Shown here: positions 62,661-64,000 of the stretch, in pieces
Layout: each line of letters opens with the position of its first letter
How positions within the stretch are numbered: position 1 is the first letter of the stretch
Assembly: GCA_048217285.1 (NCBI GenBank)
Contig: DBFWVW010000091.1
Coordinates: 2,834 to 66,833, forward strand
Direction: 5' to 3'
Length of the DNA stretch: 64,000 nucleotides
Source of the DNA: Oscillospiraceae bacterium
GTDB lineage: Bacteria > Bacillota > Clostridia > Oscillospirales > Oscillospiraceae
Program-made: the position numbers and the translations under genes
Notes under the pieces: generated by a model
What the model saw: only the letters and a program-made list of their open reading frames with translations
The model's database searches: none
What the model was told of the DNA's origin: nothing

Positions 62661-64000
62661 TCCCAGAACTCCTTTCCGCCGAGCCGCTTTTGCAGCCGGC
62701 CGCGCAGGTCGAGCATGGACGTATACGTCGGCATAATGAACACCGGGTATTCGGACGCGCACATGGCGTCGATCAACGGGTCATAGTCGTAAAATACCTG
62801 GATCTTTGCCTCATCCACCCCCGCATATTTCAAGCGCAGGCGCAGCTCATCGGCGCGTGTGCCGGACACCAGTATCTGCCGCAGGTGCTCACCCATGGCA
62901 GCAAGCCGCTCAAAGTCCGTGTCCCAGATCCATGAAATATCCGTGCCGTCGGCGTCCCGGTCGTTGAGACAGACGACAAACGTCGCGTCCTCGTTGAGCC
63001 CGGCAAGGTAGCGCATGGTCTGATTGCAGCCGGCCGGGTTTTTCACGAGCATCATGCGCCCGGGCGTGCCGCGCAGATCAAACTTCTCCATGCGGCCAAA
63101 GCCACAGCCAAACGTGCCGAGCGCGTGCACGATCGCCTCCGGCGTGAAGCCGAATGCATACAGCGCCGCCGCCGACCCGACGGCATTGTAAACGTTGTAC
63201 GCCGCCGGCAGGTTGATGTGCACGGCGTATTCCTGCCCGCCGATGGACATGGTGACGTCGCTCGTATCCACACCGAGCGCCTGCACAGCTGTAACGGCGA
63301 CCTGGGGCTCCTCACGGTGATAGCCGCACTTCGGGCAACGGAACGCGCCGAGATGGCCGTACGTGCGGTAGTCATAGATATACTCCGTTTTGCAGTGAAT
63401 GCAGTGCGGCGCGTCGGAGATCTCCGTCAGGTCGTCGCCGCCGAGCGGTACGTTCACGCCGAAGCGCACAACCGGATTCGGCACCTGTTCCGGGATGGAG
63501 GCAATAAGCGAACAGTCGGCATTGATGCATAGCGTGCTCTCCGGTGTGTGACGGATGCCCTCGAGAATGTTGTTGAGGGTATGCGTGATCTCGCCGTAGC
63601 GGTCAAGCTGGTCGCGGAACACATTCGTGGCCACAATGACTTCCGGCTTGAGATACTTCAGCACCGTTTTGGACGCGGCCTCGTCGCACTCAATGACGGC
63701 AAACTGGCACTTTGGCCGGCCGGTCAGGGTGCTGTGCATGGCAAACTCCGCCGTGATGCCGGAGATAAGGTTTGCGCCTGAGCGGTTGGCAAAATAATTG
63801 AGCCCCGCATCGGCGAACGCCTGCTCGATCATGCGGGAGCTGGTCGTTTTGCCGTTCGTACCGGTAACAAGGATCACGCGCACCCCCTGTGAGAGCACAC
63901 CGAGCACCTGCGGGCATACCTTGAGCGCCACGCGCCCGGGAAACGCCGTACCGCCGCGGCGCAGCAGGCGCAGCAGAACGCGCGAGAGCTTACACAGCAA
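62657..64000 (-). CDS. murT: Lipid II isoglutaminyl synthase subunit MurT (Mur ligase family), 5' end outside the window
   Basis: VTGTNGKTTSSRM P-loop, Cys4 ribbon CIHCKTEY...CPKCG, and a C-terminal DUF1727-like region. The ORF is still open at 64000. Confidence 0.88.
   Translation of the reverse strand: MLCKLSRVLLRLLRRGGTAFPGRVALKVCPQVLGVLSQGVRVILVTGTNGKTTSSRMIEQAFADAGLNYFANRSGANLISGITAEFAMHSTLTGRPKCQFAVIECDEAASKTVLKYLKPEVIVATNVFRDQLDRYGEITHTLNNILEGIRHTPESTLCINADCSLIASIPEQVPNPVVRFGVNVPLGGDDLTEISDAPHCIHCKTEYIYDYRTYGHLGAFRCPKCGYHREEPQVAVTAVQALGVDTSDVTMSIGGQEYAVHINLPAAYNVYNAVGSAAALYAFGFTPEAIVHALGTFGCGFGRMEKFDLRGTPGRMMLVKNPAGCNQTMRYLAGLNEDATFVVCLNDRDADGTDISWIWDTDFERLAAMGEHLRQILVSGTRADELRLRLKYAGVDEAKIQVFYDYDPLIDAMCASEYPVFIMPTYTSMLDLRGRLQKRLGGKEFWE

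Overview
High-GC (roughly 60% by eye) chromosomal window from a spore-forming Firmicute, probably Clostridia (Oscillospirales-like). Supporting genes are spoIVA, cwlD, a complete spoIIIAA-AH operon and an SLH-anchored surface protein. It is almost wall-to-wall core housekeeping genes. Left part, mostly + strand: ruvC (3' end)-ruvA-ruvB, a SigH-family sigma factor, trmK-nif3, spoIVA, an aspartate aminotransferase, cwlD-radA, a Xer-type tyrosine recombinase, fba/PPi-PFK, an ABC-F ATPase, rlmD and secG. Right part, mostly - strand: rnj, recR, rpe, a P1B-type ATPase, tyrS, the conserved asp23-nusB-xseAB-ispA-dxs-tlyA-nadK-argR-recN block, a 939-aa LRR/SLH surface protein, spoIIIAA-AH, DUF1015-glpK, a TIGR01212 radical SAM gene, mreB, comFC-recD2, uvrA, ybaK, gluQ and gatD-murT. 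I saw no rRNA, tRNA, CRISPR array, transposase or prophage module, and no convincing multi-gene novel system. Points worth a second look: (1) a full-length P-type-ATPase-derived ORF that has lost the actuator domain and all catalytic motifs; (2) a bona fide P1B ATPase with an SCA membrane motif and a small partner gene; (3) a single AT-rich orphan gene filling one intergenic space, next to a homopolymer frameshift in the radical SAM gene; (4) a patB/malY-type gene destroyed by an internal deletion; (5) an LRR surface protein with invariant repeat scaffolds, variable positions and a recent internal duplication, preceded by a long leader with a strongly SD-marked mini-ORF; (6) several regulatory palindromes and a textbook sigma-E-type promoter at spoIVA. 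All coordinates and motifs were read by hand from the sequence and ORF track. No database searches were run.
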